The position numbers and the translations under genes were made by a program. Under the pieces are notes generated by a model that was given only the letters and a program-made list of their open reading frames with translations, searched no databases and was not told where the DNA came from. From Octopus vulgaris (Eukaryota), in contig OX597830.1 in the NCBI GenBank assembly GCA_951406725.2, positions 49,352,001 to 49,416,000 on the forward strand: a stretch of 64,000 nucleotides of DNA, written 5' to 3'. Position 1 is the stretch's first letter. Every line of letters starts with the position of its first letter. Below are positions 26,862 through 43,729 of this stretch, one piece after another.

Positions 26862-27119
26862 ATATAATTGATATAAAAAGCAGTTTGCAATGTTCCACCA
26901 AAAAGGAGAATTACAAATGTCACTTAATGCGACTAGGGTATTAGGAAACACCAACATTGCTAGAAATAAGAGCTAAACCCCTCTAATGATGTAGTTAATG
27001 CACAAGCATGAAAACATGTACATTAACAGGGATCATAATCATCCGAAAAGTGCCGATCCTGAATTCTTAATACTGATGCGTCAATTTCTTTTGGGAATAT
27101 TTTCTGTCTCGTAGACTCT

Positions 27120-27305
27120 TTAGTATGCCGGGTAAAATGCTTACCGGCATTTCGCCTCTCTCTACGTTCTGAATTCAAATTCTATCGAGGCCGACTTCAC
27201 TTTCACCCTTTCTGGGTCGATAAAGCACGTACTACTTGATCTCTGGGGTCAATGTAATCGACTTATCCCTGCTCAATAATTGCTGGCCTTGTGCCAAAAT
27301 TTGAA
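27120..27305 (+). mobile_element. SINE family B
   Basis: GAATTCAAATTC..CGAGGCCGACTT..CTTTC..GGGTCGATAAA block. Confidence 0.7.
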
Positions 27306-27401
27306 GCCGTCATTAATTCACATCTCTGAACCATATGAATATATGGACTTGGATCACGACCTTGTGTTCCCTCTGATTTTATATATAGAGATGTATTATT
27401 G

Positions 27402-27446
<45 letters not shown>

Positions 27447-28686
27447 GTTCGTTGATATACACATATTTATGCATATGTATAATTGTATGATAGCCACAGA
27501 TATATGTACTTATATCTATACGTTTGCGTGTGTGTTTGAAAATGTATATATGCACACATATATATGTATATATATTTATATACATGTATATAGGCGTGCC
27601 CACACTCAGACATATACACGCACAAACACACAAACACACACGCATGCACATACATATTAACGATAATGTACGCTTTAATATTGTAATTTTTTTTCCGTAT
27701 CTCATTAATAGAATTAATATTGAATCATTTCAGTCGCACCTCATTAATTTCTAATTACATAATGTAGATTCTTTTCACTAATTCCTCATTGTGGCTTTTA
27801 GAACGAATGTCACGCTGTGATCTCCACAGCAGACATTTGTAAATGTTCAACTCATATTTTACCGCAATGTGACCATTACACAGCTGCGTTAATATTACTT
27901 AACGCTTTCATTCCCGATTCCCATTTAAACAATACCTTAGGGACACAATCAATGTGTTAACGATAACTTAAGCGAAACATTTCCCGTTCTGTATACAATA
28001 TAATAATTCGACCAGGTAAAGGTCTACAACAATGACTGTTTCCTTTCAATGACAAATATCACAGAATTCTATTTGCTGCAAAAACGTATCTAGTACGCAT
28101 TCTTGCGTTCCTTTTATAAAGTCATTCCTTTCAAATAATTGCGTATAAATATTGTAATTCTTACATGTTCCATGGAAATGGAAATGGAGCGAGTAAGTAA
28201 TATCTCTGCACAATTAAATCCGAAACTTCACATCAACCGTACACAACAACATGTTTTTAGTTTTGAGCAAATATATCGTATGTAGACGATGGTTCGCATG
28301 TTTATGCTTCTGTAGATTCGAAACAAATTATGCTAATCGCTGCTCTGAACGTCGCAAAAGAAATACTTTGTATGACGATAATGCATTCATAACACATCTG
28401 GCTCGTTGGTTCAAAGGATTCTTGGACACCGGTGTTTCGATGTGCTATACCTCGTCAACCAGAAGCACCCCTTGACCTTTGAGTCTAAAGAAGCGCCCGT
28501 AAGTTAGTTTACGATATCAGGTTCGAAACACTTTTCTGATTTGTTCTGATACCTAGCAAGCCATAAAAAATTCATTTTTAGATTCATAAGCAAAGAAAGA
28601 TGGTTTAACGTTTCGAGCAACGCTCTTGTTCAAAAACAGGAAAGCCCAATAGAAAGGAAGAAATTCACCAACGATTAACATGTGGT

Positions 28687-28754
<68 letters not shown>

Positions 28755-29761
28755 CAAATAAAAGATGAAGACAGGTGTAGAAACAACAAGCAGGTGTATT
28801 ATTTTAATGCTCGGGACAAATGGAAAAGTCTTTTACGTTTCGAGCCTACGGCCATCGACAGAGAGAATTAAGAAGAAAAAAAAGTACGGAGAAAGAAAAA
28901 AATGTGCACAGTTCAACGGTCCAGCATTAGGAGATTAGCGGAAAAAAAGAGGTTGAATGAAAGGGAGATAATAATAATAACGATAACGGTGACAACCAAG
29001 GAACTTAAGTTGCACAAGCGCGTGTGTGTATGTGAGAATGGAGTGTGTGAGTGCATATGTGGGAATGGGGGCGTGTATGTAAGTATGTGTGGGCGAGTGT
29101 GTGTGTTTGTGCATATGGACGTGAGTATATGTGTGGTTATGCGTCTGTATTTTGTGTGTAACAGTTGATGTGTGTTTGTTCAGGTGGTGTGTGCACGTGT
29201 GTATGTGTGTGTGTTTGTGACCAAATAATGTGCATGTGTATAACGTATGTTTGTGGGCGAAGGTTATCAGTGTCTATGCATGTTGCATGTATTTATACGT
29301 GTACCGTGTGTGTGTGTGTGTATCAAATTATTGAAGCACAGCAGACATTCATTTCTAATTTAATGCGTAGCGGAGTACGACGGATGGTTAAAGTGAATAT
29401 AACTAAAAAATATATAGAGTATTTTGCCCGAATATATAAAGTAACTGGACGTACAGAAACTGTTTCATTTTTATAATAAACAGACTCCGTTGAAATTACC
29501 TGTACAGAAACACTGAAATCACAAAATTTCAGAGCACAATATTTTAAGATCAAATTTATGCACTGATCCGTCCATACCCCCATCAACACATGCATTCATT
29601 CAAACGTACACGCATACACGCAAACATTATCTACATACGTACACAATATACATACATATATACAATATGCGCACATGTATATGCTATACATACACATTTA
29701 TAAGGTACATATATACTATACAAAAATATATAGAAGCATATATATATATGATATACAATCT

Positions 29762-29811
<50 letters not shown>

Positions 29812-31350
29812 CGTGTGTGATATACAAGCAAATATATATAATATACATACAATACATGCGTACCATATACACTTATCATATGCATACACACATGAAAACG
29901 CGTACATACGCATGATGTCAGTCTTTGAATGTATTTTTTGTGCGTTTGCGTAAAGTGTGTAAATGTAGCGTTGGAGCTGGCATATGAATCAGGAAAGAAA
30001 ACGTTAATTTCTGTAGTAATGTCATTACAGTAAGTTGTTAGTCAGTGTGACGCCATAAGTAGAACGCAATTATATTTCTGTTAACACAGTGAAACGATGG
30101 TGTTTCTTTATTGTCTTTACTTAAAAGTGGAGATATCTGTTACCTACATTTCTTTTACCAATTAATCTGCCGACATGTGTCTGCAAAAGCAGCAATTATA
30201 TAGCAGAACCTGAGAATTCGGAATATATGCCGATATCAGCCTTCCAAAACATTTCTAACTTTAACAATGTAATAATAAAATATGAATATTAGGATTTCAG
30301 CGCTTGATAAAAACGAATTTTGGAAAGTGTGTATTTCTATATATTTGAGTAAGACAACACAATTATAGATGTGTGCGGTAGAAATAATGTGGATTAAACA
30401 GTAGTGTGTTCTTAATAGTACTTATTGTATTCCTCTGAGGGGAGGTGATCAGGGAAACGCAAAGTTCAACTCATAAGAATACAAACACAAAGCACAGAAA
30501 TCTAAATATTACGAGGCACTTTGTCCATTTTTCTACAAAATCAAAATGTCCGCCGCAAAGGACGACAGTAACAAATCGATGATAATGATAAGTCCAGCGA
30601 TCATTTGTGTTTGGTAAAGCCTGAAAATAAAGGAGCTATGTAAATATAAAGACCATAGTCTGAGGCATAATATTTTACACCAACAGACAGGCTAAAGAAT
30701 TTGAATGAAACACAATAGGTGCGATTTTGAAAGAGGTATAGAAGCTATTTTTTGCAGGTTATGTGATCATGTAAATGCTCCTACTTTCAAAAATAATCTA
30801 TTACTTTAATCTAACACCAGATCAGCACTGATAGAGTAAATCTATCATCAATGCTAATACATCCTTGAGCATTCCATCTTTTTGATTTTCTCGAATGAAA
30901 GTCTGTTATGTGTGCTTGTTTAAAGATTGTGGGGCAGTCGTCTCCCCTTTATTATCGGTCTAGTGATTCCATATTTGTTCGTCAGTGATGTAGGGATCAT
31001 CATATATGAGGCATGTCTGAAATCTACGAACTGAAACACCATTGCCAACCTAAGGCACAACGTCGGTTTGATAAAAAAAAAGATAGGGATTGTAGCATAA
31101 TTCGAAAAACCAAGTGGCACACTAATACAAAACGCGCTGTCCGGTTGCTGAGGAAATAAAGTATAGCAAATGATATCAGCTTGAAAATTGCCACAAATTG
31201 TAAAGCTTAAGGGAATACTAACAGGTGAGAGTGTCCACTGTTCGTAAAATGACATTATTAATAATGAACGACCATGTTGCGAGAATAAGCTGGACACCCA
31301 CTGAGCGAGATAACCTGCATCCCAGTTAGAAATTTCTCAAGGTTGAGTGC

Positions 31351-31540
31351 AACCTAAAGAAAATTCTAAGTGGGCCCCCACCTGCCGGTCATGCGCTTTT
31401 TATATTGATATGAGACCACCATGTTGCGCTTGTAAGGTTGTCATATCGGTATTGGTCTTCCGTTATCAGACGGGTAGTCATGATGGGCATAATGGGCTTC
31501 GGATATTTGTATTCCTTTGTTGGCATGCATTACTCTCTCA
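31351..31540 (+). mobile_element. Diverged 3' part of repeat family A
   Basis: GAAAATTCTAAGTGGGCCCCCACCTGC...GGGTAGTCATGATGGG...CTCTCTCAAT. Confidence 0.7.
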
Positions 31541-31859
31541 ATGATAATAGCAAAAAAATAATAATAACAACAAGCAACAAAAACAACAAAATATATGTAT
31601 ACTGGACAGAACAGACTCTGTATGCATGTACGTTTTGTCTATAATTTTTATGTATGTTGTATATACATTTATGTAGGAATTTATTTAATTATGTTCATAC
31701 GTTAATATATATGTTTACATCTATCTTTTCTTATCTCCCCCTGAAATGTCTCGGTATTCTGTGTGTTTGTATACTAAATGAACACTTGAATATTTATCGT
31801 GTAACAAATTCTTTCTTTACAAGCATTACAGGTACACAATCTCATAAAGAATATATATA

Positions 31860-31931
<72 letters not shown>

Positions 31932-34197
31932 CGTGTGTGTGTATAAATTTGCAGGTATGATATATGTTTCTGTATACACGTAATTTCTGCCGCTGAAAAA
32001 TTACTTACCTTCCTGTGCCATTAAGTCGACCATTAAATAATCTATTCTCTATGATTTAAAGTAGATATCTTCACCTTCGCTCTTTTCGCAAACGATCAAA
32101 TATTAGATATTTTAATGTAATTTTCGACCGATTTTAATGCAGCTATTATCTTAGTGCAACTGAAAATGTTTCACTCGTGCAAGTGTTGAAACAACAAGAG
32201 AAAAGTAAGCGTGGAGATGGCAGGTAGGAGGAAGCTGCGAGGTTAAGAAGTTGGGTGGTAGGAAGCTGAGGGCGGGAAAGGTAGCAAGATATAAATCTAA
32301 CTGGAGTAATAAATTTTGTAATGAAGAACAAACCAACTGTTCATTGGTGCCAAAATATTATTGTATTAGCCATATGGTAGAATCATCGATCTAATTAGTT
32401 TTAATGATGTAGCCACTGCAAAGCAATATTTATTAAGTGGATCTGCTTAACGCTGGTTCGATAAATCATGCAAATCGTTTTGCTTTGACACTTTCCTATT
32501 TATTTTCTGCATTGTTGCTGGAATGGTTACAGTTTCGAAAGTTTCACAGAATTTAATTTATATTGAAAATAATATCTCTTCCAAGAGTTTGCCACAGTAA
32601 TTTCTGTCTGGAATAAAACTATTATTTTAACGAAGATAGATAAACATTGATTTTACCGTTTAAAAACGGACATATCACATAGTCCAAACGCAGTGCAACT
32701 ATAATAACTGTGTCTGCCTTTTGAATAATGGTAAATACCTTAACAGATTAGGTCATTAGGGTAACCATTGTAGATTTTTTCTTTGTACATTGTATTTAAG
32801 TTATTCATTTAGGTGAATGCTATTCTCTCATCAATTTCTACAACGAGTAATAACGAGTGAACTAATGACAAGGAAATTAGCCAAACGCTGTCTACAGAGC
32901 TTTGTTTTTATTAACTTGTTATGGAGAGCATTTAGGAGTGAATAAGAATAAGTCGCCTACCATACATATTACTCTCAGATTAATGGAATTCCATGCTGTG
33001 AATATCGTAATATCAAATCTGTTCTAAGTTACATGATATCGAAGTGACTCTGCCAGTCATTTCAACATTCGCACTCCTTCCATCGAAAGTTCGCATTTCG
33101 CTTTTGATTATTAGCTGTATTTATTACGAATGCATTGTAGTCTTATATCTCTTTTCGAAACCCTTATCCGAACTCCTCTCAAGAAATGCTTACCGTTTGA
33201 GGGACAAATGAATACGTGGTTGATATTTTTTAATCTCTTATGGATTTCCTTTGATGTACATCATAATTAGTTGTATATCAATGTACTATCGTTACAAGTT
33301 AGACGTTAGTCTAACAAGTAACGATAGTACATTGATAAACTACAATCCAGGACTAACACTGATTAATGTGATTCAGACGTTTGTCTTGCAAATACTCAGT
33401 TTTGAGATTGATGCAACAGGGCAGTACGCAAGGGGCGCATCTACCAAAACTCACGATAAGATTTTCATTCCCAATGCCGGCTAGCTGTTTTCCTTTCGAA
33501 GATTTTAAAGGAATAACTGCACTTCAAGAATAACTATCTTTCTTCTTTAAGACGAACATTTGAGAGAAGTCTTACAAACGCCTTTGTGGTATTTGCTCTC
33601 TTCGTTCTCAGTTCAAATTTCGCCAAAGACAACTTTACCTTAATTGTTTCAGAGCATATTCTTTTCTCTCTTTCTTTTTCATTTACAACGACTAGTATTT
33701 GAAATACTTGTTCGTCGTAACATTAAAATCCCTCAAATGGCATATTAACATAGATGTTTACCCCTTTCTATGTAATAATATCATCCATTCAGAAATTACA
33801 TCGCCCTGTCTACTAGCACTCCTTTTTAATTTACACTTCAGTATTTCCTCAGAATAATCACTGATCTAGTGACAGTTCGTATAATATAATTTACTCTTTT
33901 TCTCGCTCTCTCTCACTGGAAAACTTCGACTGTTGAAGGGATTGGTTCTGTCTTACTTGAATATCTGAAACACGTTCTATATTACGATAGCACTCCTAAT
34001 AATCGCCTAGGAATCTAGGAGTCACGTAAGAAAGGAAGAATTCTCTTTTACACTTTCTAATATTTAAACGTAGAATCAGCGTATATTAGTTACATTATTT
34101 CAATCCTGAGATGTTCTTTATTAATAACAATAAAAAACAAGCATTTTACGAATTGTAATTAGAGCAGAGTTTATTCTGTGAAAATATTTTCCCCCTT

Positions 34198-34361
34198 TTT
34201 TTCTACTCTAGGCACAAGTCCCAAAATTTTGGGGGAGGGGGAAAGTCGATTAGATCGACCCCAGTACGCAACTGGTACTTAATTTATCGGATGAAAGGCA
34301 AAGTCGACCTGCCGTTCACCATTTTGCCCGTCGCATTAACGCTTCTGCCAGCTCGCCGCCT
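34198..34361 (-). mobile_element. SINE family B (internally deleted)
   Basis: Matches the 10029-10245 copy. Confidence 0.75.
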
Positions 34362-34725
34362 TATTCTGTGAAAATATTGGGAAATGAATTAAAAAAGACT
34401 GCTAGTACATATCAAGAGAGGGCGCTGTAATTTCTGAATGGATGATGTCATTGCATAGAAAGGATTAAACGTGTATATTAATGTGGCATTTTCAGTGATT
34501 GTAATGTTACGTGGAACAAGCAGTTCAAATAACAGTCGTTGAAATTAGCCGGAGCAGCAGCGGAAGCAAAGAGCGGAGCGTTTGAAGAGAAATAAAATCG
34601 GTAAAATCTGTTTTATAGAGAAGACTTAAAAAAAACACACCCGAAGGAAAAAAAAACAGAAGTGTGGGTTGAGAGATGTGATATAGTGAGAAGAGTGATA
34701 TAAATGAGTAGAAGGAAATAGTGTT

Positions 34726-34757
<32 letters not shown>

Positions 34758-34904
34758 GGGGTAACAAAGAGAAGAAGTTGAATGAGGGGGGAAATACAAA
34801 GGGTAGAAGTTGAGTGAGGTAAGAGGGATCGACAGAAATGTGAGATGGAAATGATAATGACACTAGAATGATATAAAATTATTGCCTGGGTAAATGTATA
34901 CGCA

Positions 34905-35155
34905 TGCATACATACATACATACATACATACATACATACATACATACATACATGCATACATACATACATACATACTTACATACATGCATACATACATACA
35001 TACATTCATACATACATACATACATACATACATACATACATACATGCATACATACATACATGCATACATACATACATACATACATGCATACATGCATACA
35101 TACATACATACATACATACATACATACATACATAAATATATACATACATACATAC
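34905..35155. repeat. (ATAC)n microsatellite
   Basis: Directly visible. Confidence 0.95.
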
Positions 35156-35226
35156 TGTTTTTGTAGTGTAAGTGCTGCAAATGTGCAACTTATATGTAAG
35201 TATATCCACTGAGAAGTATTGAGTTT

Positions 35227-35257
<31 letters not shown>

Positions 35258-36144
35258 TTCTCTCTTTCTCTCTCTCTCTACCTATCTATCTTTCTGCACA
35301 TGTACATATATCTCTAATGAGTATTGCCATGTCCACGCTTGGCCGAATCACTTTATTGTCTTATTCACTCATGTTTGATGATCACAGATTTTTAATTGAA
35401 AGAAACAAGAGATGTTGCTTATTTATTCTGAAACCATACACATCATATCGTATCTGCTGGCATTTACCTAAACTATTGGTTGGATTGTATGAAATAATTA
35501 GATGAAATTCTATGTCTCATTTCCTGTGAAACATTAGACCCACATCTAGTAAAACCACTTGTACTATTTCTGGGGAAGTTAGATATGGTGCGCTATTCGT
35601 CTTGTATTAAGTGTTTCATAGCGATGGAGATATTTTTTATAGCTACATGTATATACTTCTGCAAGTCAATAAAGCGATTGGGGTGTTACGAATGAGACAG
35701 GCATATGGAAGGCTACACTTCACTGAAGAGTTTTAAATAAACCGAAACATGTGTGAAGTTGTTGTGTGTACTTACTGAAAATCATTGAAAATTAGTATTA
35801 CACTTTGAGCACTTATTCTCTTCTTACCTCTCCAATTTTTACAATACTACAATACTTTTCTGTTAGTCACTATCTTTCTACGTATGCTAGACTGCGTTCC
35901 GTTTTCATTAAGGAATGAAATCGAAGACACGATCAATGTCTTCGACATTATCAAACAATCTAATGAAGATATTTTATAATTTTGATGCATAAATTAATAT
36001 TAGAAAATTTATCAAGTGTGAAATCTTCATGTGAATAGCATTGATAAAATAGTAATTAACTCTACTACCGACAATGTTTATGGTCGCTCTAAATCACACA
36101 CTCACCCTCTTAACTACCTCCATGCAGTACATACGCCATTTATC

Positions 36145-36945
<801 letters not shown>

Positions 36946-38489
36946 CCGTGTGTATGAGTGTGTATATCAGTGCATTCTTTTGAATGTTGTCTCCCTGTAA
37001 ATATATACAAGAAATAATTTTTTTCACTTTGCGTTTACTAAATCCACACTCAAGGCTTTGGCCCGAGGTGATAGGTGATGATACTAGCTCAAGGAATCAG
37101 ACAGTGGATCAGAACCCCAAAACAAGTGGCTACGAAGCAAAACCTTTGCCACGCCCCCATACGTGCCCCTGTGAAGTGTATTCAAGCTAATATTTCATTT
37201 CATCGTTTTGTCATAATTCTTTAATAATTCAAAATTTTTCCTTTGTTAAAGCAAAATAAAGTTATTTGTTTCGTATATGACACGTTTCTGGTGATAGCGA
37301 ATACCAGTAATTTGCTAGGGTAGAGTATAGTAGACTTTCATGCAGTTGAGTCCAAGTGGAATAGAAGAGAAAGGAGAAGTTGAGAGGGAGGTTGACAGGA
37401 AGAGAGGGTGAGAGGGAGAGAAGATGAGAGAGAGGTTGTATGAGAGAGGGTGAGAGGGAGAGTGAGAATGAGAGAGTTATTGAGAGTTATGGGAATAAGG
37501 AGGAGAGGGGACATGACAAAAAGAGAGAAAGAGATTACGGAGAAAGAAAGACAGAAAGAAAGGGGACGTGAATGGGTAAAGCGAGAAAAGGATTAAGGAG
37601 GAGAGAAAGAGGGAAAGAACAGAGCCGGGTTCTAGAGTATTGAATACAGCTTCACTTTACGAGTGTGTGAGAATGTGTGTGTCTGTGCGTGGGTTTGTGT
37701 GTCTGTACGTGTGTTTGTGCATGTGTGTGTACGTGTGAGTGTGCGTGTATGAGTGTGTATTAGTGCGTTTTGTGCATGATGTCTCCGTATATTTGTGTGT
37801 GTGTGTGTGTGTGTCTATATGACTGAGTATACTTTGTACGTTATTGCAAATGTATTTTTTTCCTACGTGCGCGTGTGTGTGTGTGCGAGCGTGCGAGTGC
37901 ATACGCATACTGTATGTGTATTTTCTGTGGCAAAGTTCAGAAATTTCCATGGTAACAAAATTTGTTCTATTTTCAGCAGACACAGAATGGTCTGATATTG
38001 AGCAATGGAACTCTATAAAATGTCTTCATACAACCTGAACAATGAAAGTAATTTCGCATCACTTGTGATTTGAAACTGTTTCACAAAATCTGGTTCCTGG
38101 GTATTCCGTTTCTATCATAGATCGGCGCAGCAATTATTGATGCTAGAATAAATTCATTAAATTTTGGACAAAAGAGGATTTACTGAAATCCGTCATGGGT
38201 AACTTGTGGCCCGCGGAACCATCTGAGTAGAACACATAAAGAAAAATTACCCTCAATAATTGTTAGTAGAGCAGTCTTCCTGATGATGAACCTTGTCTCA
38301 TGCTGCCCACTTCTCAAGAAAGATTTCCCCTGCCTCACTTAAATTAATGTTAAGTCTATAATTACATTCTGAGTAAGTTTTCTATTGAAGTCCATGCAAT
38401 GAATGAATGTTAGAGGTAGATTGTGTGAAGAGAGAGTTAGAGATTACGTGTGTGTGTGTATGAAGAGAAGCAGAGATAGAGATAGAGAT

Positions 38490-38520
<31 letters not shown>

Positions 38521-38819
38521 AAGAGAGACAGACAGAGACAGACAGAGACTGAGAGATGGAAAAAGATAGGTGGAAAGAGAGTGTGCGTGTTTGCGAGTGA
38601 GTGAGATTGAGAGCAATAAGATTTTCTCCATTTTAATACTTATTAGATGCAATCATTAAGTAAAACATTAATTATGAAATTGAGTTAATGAGGCTTCCAA
38701 AGGCAGTTATGATGATGATGATGATGAAGGAGTGTGAAAGAAGAGGAGGTACCCTTCAAATTTCACTAGGTATATATATTTTTTGTACATTTCCTTACCT
38801 GCGATTGAGAAGACTTGTT

Positions 38820-38945
38820 GACATTCCTTGATGTCAGTATAAAGGAGATTGTGTACCTGGCCATCAATGATAGCCACCTGCTAATTTGTTCTAGCGATAG
38901 TCCACAACTGAAAGAGGCCAAAGTTTTCAAATACCTTTGCTCTAA
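38820..38945 (+). mobile_element. Short LINE RT remnant
   Basis: LDVSIKEIVYLAIND...QLKEAKVFKYLCS resembles the RT C-terminal L.IS.KKT.Y...LE.V..FKYLGS. Confidence 0.4.
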
Positions 38946-39462
38946 GTGCTTCAATATACATATTTATCAAGGATATAAAAATGTCCTTATATATGACAAG
39001 CATGGACCTAACTTAACTCTGTCTTTAGCTTTTTCTACTTGTCAGAAATAAACAGTATCGCTGTGTGTTATGTAGCCTTATAATAATGAGTGACTTCATT
39101 CATTTATTCACACGTATATACATACATACATGTATGTATATTTGTACATATATATGCATGTGCATATACACCTTTGTATATAAATATATAGATATCTGTG
39201 TATATATATATATATGTATGTGTATATATATGCATATATATGCATGTGTATATATATATATATATATATTTAAAAAAGGAGATGTGGAACACGAGTTGTG
39301 ATATATAAAAAAAGGAAATGAAGAAAATGCTGACAAAATAATTTAAGTAAGGGAGAGTGTATTTAGTTAGGTGAAAGTTCTTTACCGGTTGCGCATTTGT
39401 TATGCTTATCAAAAGATATATTTTTAAGAGAGATAGAGTTCCTTTCTGATAGATTTTTTTCT

Positions 39463-39503
<41 letters not shown>

Positions 39504-39974
39504 GTATGTGTGTGTGTGTCTGTGTGTTCATTCTTTCTTATGTGTGTGTATATATGGAATTGTATATTTGACAAGTGACTTGTTCTAAAACCGTGTGTTG
39601 ATACTGGAGAGAAACATAAAAAAAGTGGTTCCACGTTTAGATCCTATTTCCTGATATATTTCGCAAGCGTCCTCTACTATAACTTAAAAAAAGATTAAGG
39701 GTGTTGACAAATGTGCGAAAGCATTATATACGTAAGTGTACGAGTGCTTCGTATGTTTTTTTGGGTGTGTAGTGTGTTGCTGGTCTATATACCCTGCTCA
39801 TAATTCATATCTTTCATCGATTAATATCAGCATAGAACCGACGGCGACGGATCGAAAACATCTCCTTTCTGAAACTCTGGGATGGCGTTAGATCAGTCAT
39901 AGGCAAACTTCGGCACATCGGAATGGCACACCTATTTTCATGAGTGAAATAGCGAAGCACACACGCACTTACAT

Positions 39975-40240
39975 ACACTCTAACAAGGCTTTACTATCAT
40001 TCGACGCAGCAGCTACCGTCTGGGAAAGCTCTCGTAGCAGGCTCTGCACCAGATGGCTGGAAGTGATTGGGGAAGATCTTCAGTAGCTCAATGTCACATT
40101 GGAGGATGCAGAGGCGTTGGCACAGGACCACCAGCAATGAAGAGAACTGGTGGACCTAGCCTGCTCTATGCATAGGCTCTGGGACCACTAACCTGGGATG
40201 ACCACCACCCTCATCAAGCAAAAGCATAAAGCAAGCAGCC
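39975..40240 (+). mobile_element. RTE-like LINE 3' end with short tandem tail
   Basis: WESSRSRLCTRWLEVIGEDLQ*LNVTLEDAEALAQDHQQ*RELV matches the RTE pattern W.RPRGRP.TRW.D....D.......A...AQDR..WR; AAGC-like tail. Confidence 0.7.
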
Positions 40241-41031
40241 AACAGTCTTCTAGAAAAAGGGTTGTCCATGTCTGAGTTACACTCTCCCTAATCACACATG
40301 TCATTCGAGGGTCAGTGAACCAAGTAACTGGTTGTCCGTTAGAAACCACTTTTGTTCACAAATTCCGATATAAAGTAATTACAATATAATTTCTTTAAGA
40401 ATTGATATCTGAGCGTATGAACTTCTGTGCTTATGACTATTAACAATTTATGTACTTAGCTGGAGCTGAAAATATATCGTTGAGATGAGAACTAGAAAAG
40501 TTACCAGAAAAAAAGCAATAAAACAAACTCTGTGTGTGTGTGTGTGTGTATGCATATATATACGGTGTATCTATTCCAAGAGATCATAGAGAAGTGCATC
40601 AATATTTCTTTCATTCAAGAGTTGTTGATAGAACTTACCCTAATCAGCCAGATTATGTAATCATTGCCATCTATATTTTACTTTCGATCTATATTTTATT
40701 TTCACTCTATTTCTTACTCTATCCACTTACAATTTCGCTCCTCATAACGTAAAGATAATTTTTCTGATAAAATTATTGATTTCCCGCGGAAATCTCCTTC
40801 AGTCAAAACGTTTGGTTCATATTGCAAACTGAAGATGCGCTCATTGTTAACCGCTAAGTTACTAAGTACACATTATTTTTCTTCTTCATGTTAACCGTTA
40901 ATTAGTGCATCATAGTTATTGTGATTCAAATCTCACTGAGAACAACTTTGCCTCTCATCACTCAGGGGTTGATGAAATAAAGTAGCAATCAAGTTATGGG
41001 CTCGCTCCCGTCAAAATTGCTATTATTTTGA

Positions 41032-41570
<539 letters not shown>

Positions 41571-42764
41571 TATTATCATTCTTAGAATTGCACCTTTGTT
41601 ATGTAGACTTTTGTTAGAATACCATAACTGTTTAGCTTTGCTATAGACTCTGTCCTGTTGTTTCTTCTGCTATTTTTTTTCCATTTTTGCGTAAAGTATG
41701 TGTAGTATATCTCGTGCTATTGGGTGGCGAATATGTCTCCTATGCGTCGTTGGATTAGTATCATGTGTTTCACTATCATCTTGTCATTTTGTAGAAGATA
41801 CGGCCGCGTGTGTGTGTGGCTGTGTGGTGTTAAATCATTGCAGTTGTGCTGAATGTGGTTGATGTGAGTTCTTAGTGTCATGGCGTCGTTAAAAAAAAAT
41901 ATTGTGTTATTTTATTGGATGTTGATCGTGTACAGGATGCACGATGTTATTTTATTGGCTGATGGAAATGAGTATGTGAGGTGTGAATTATGTAATTTTT
42001 ATTGGGTGTTTATTGTGTAGAGTTAAGTGTTGTGTACAGAGAATGAATTGTGTTTTGTTATTAAACTGAAGGTGGTGGGTTTAGTGATGATAAGAATGGT
42101 TCTGATTGTAGCAATGCTTTTTGTAATAATGGTGGAGATGTAGCTGGTGGTGGTGGTGGTGTTGTTGGCGTTGATGTTGTTGGTGGGGATGTTGTCGGTG
42201 GTTATAGTGGCAGTGATGGTCAAGCTAGTGGTAATAATAGGATGGTAGAGATAAAGTAAGTTATCTATTCTCAACAATGTCTTTGAAATCAAATCAAACC
42301 TAAACAAGTGAGATGGAATCAATAAGAAAACGATAAAACTTTTCTCAAGTTTCTCTTTAAAACATCAAGTGGAATTATGTAACAATCCATTCTCTCTCGC
42401 AGACTCTCAACAGATTATACGATAAATCTGCCAATATCTTTTGGCTACTCAGCTCACTTATCTCTAATCTAAATTAGCTGCATCGACTATTTTTTATCCG
42501 CAAAATTGTGCCTCTGTTTATAGCGATTCCACTAGTGTTTACACAGTGAATCTGTCAATTCTTCTAGGGAAATTTATAAAGAATAGTTGACATTTTATTA
42601 ATATAGCGATATAGACAGATAGAGTTTGTGTAAATTTGGACAATTGTCATCAGGAAGAGAGCACTTGAAAACTGATATTAACCGTTGGCTTGCTTGTTTT
42701 AGATTTCTCTTGAAATAAAGCTCTCTAGCGTCGAAAATGGCAACATTGTTCAACTCGCCAGACT

Positions 42765-42796
<32 letters not shown>

Positions 42797-43179
42797 CAGA
42801 GAGAGGGAGAGAGGGGAGGGATGGAGAGAGAGATAATACGTTGCTTGATATGTTTAATACGCGACTCTTCATTATCTACATTTATTTTCGATGAGAAGAA
42901 GATAAAAACGTACAATTAACACGGAAAAGAATATAAAACTATCACGAATCATAACCTGAGTTCTATTTTGGCTGGAAAGAAAATGGATTCTTTCGCTTGA
43001 TTTAGCCACAATGTTCCGGCTGTGTTTACTTAACTTTATTTTAAATGTTATGGCATATTGCGAGAGATTTTTACATTTACTTCACAAGGAGGTATCTCTA
43101 ACATAGTCGCAATAATATCACTAGCACTGTAAAACTATGTATAATACGATTATATACATATATAAATTCGTATACAAAC

Positions 43180-43240
43180 ATACATACATACATTCATGCA
43201 TACATACATACATACATACTTACATACATACATACATGCA

Positions 43241-43274
<34 letters not shown>

Positions 43275-43435
43275 CATACATACTACATACATGCATACAT
43301 GCATACATACATACATACATACATACATACATACATACATACATGCATACATACATACATACATACATACATGCATGCATACATACATACATACATACAT
43401 ACATACATACATACATACATACATACATGTACATA
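43180..43435. repeat. (ATAC)n microsatellite
   Basis: Directly visible. Confidence 0.95.
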
Positions 43436-43729
43436 CATATTGGCTCCTGTCGAGAACGATGCATGTGTGATATGTAACAAAGGCTAAAATATAATTAATA
43501 AAAGCTGATAAAAACTAATTGGAATTAGATTTGATAAAAGTTGATAAAATATGGTAAATGTGGCAAAAACTGGTTAAACTTAATAAAGCTAATATGAGCA
43601 AATTCTGTTAAATTATGGCGGCTGATACACTTTCTTGTGAAGCGCAACGTTATGTTTTGATATTCAAGTGTGGTTACGCGGATTACATTTTAGTTCTAGT
43701 GTACCGTTGTTCTCTGTCTTTTTAATATT

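Noticed and set aside
37360-37625. Purine-rich GA tract
   Set aside because: Decayed (GA)n low-complexity DNA with no further structure.
41575-42260. Possible LINE AP-endonuclease start on the minus strand (HIQHNCNDL)
   Set aside because: The downstream QET motif is missing; similarity is too weak.
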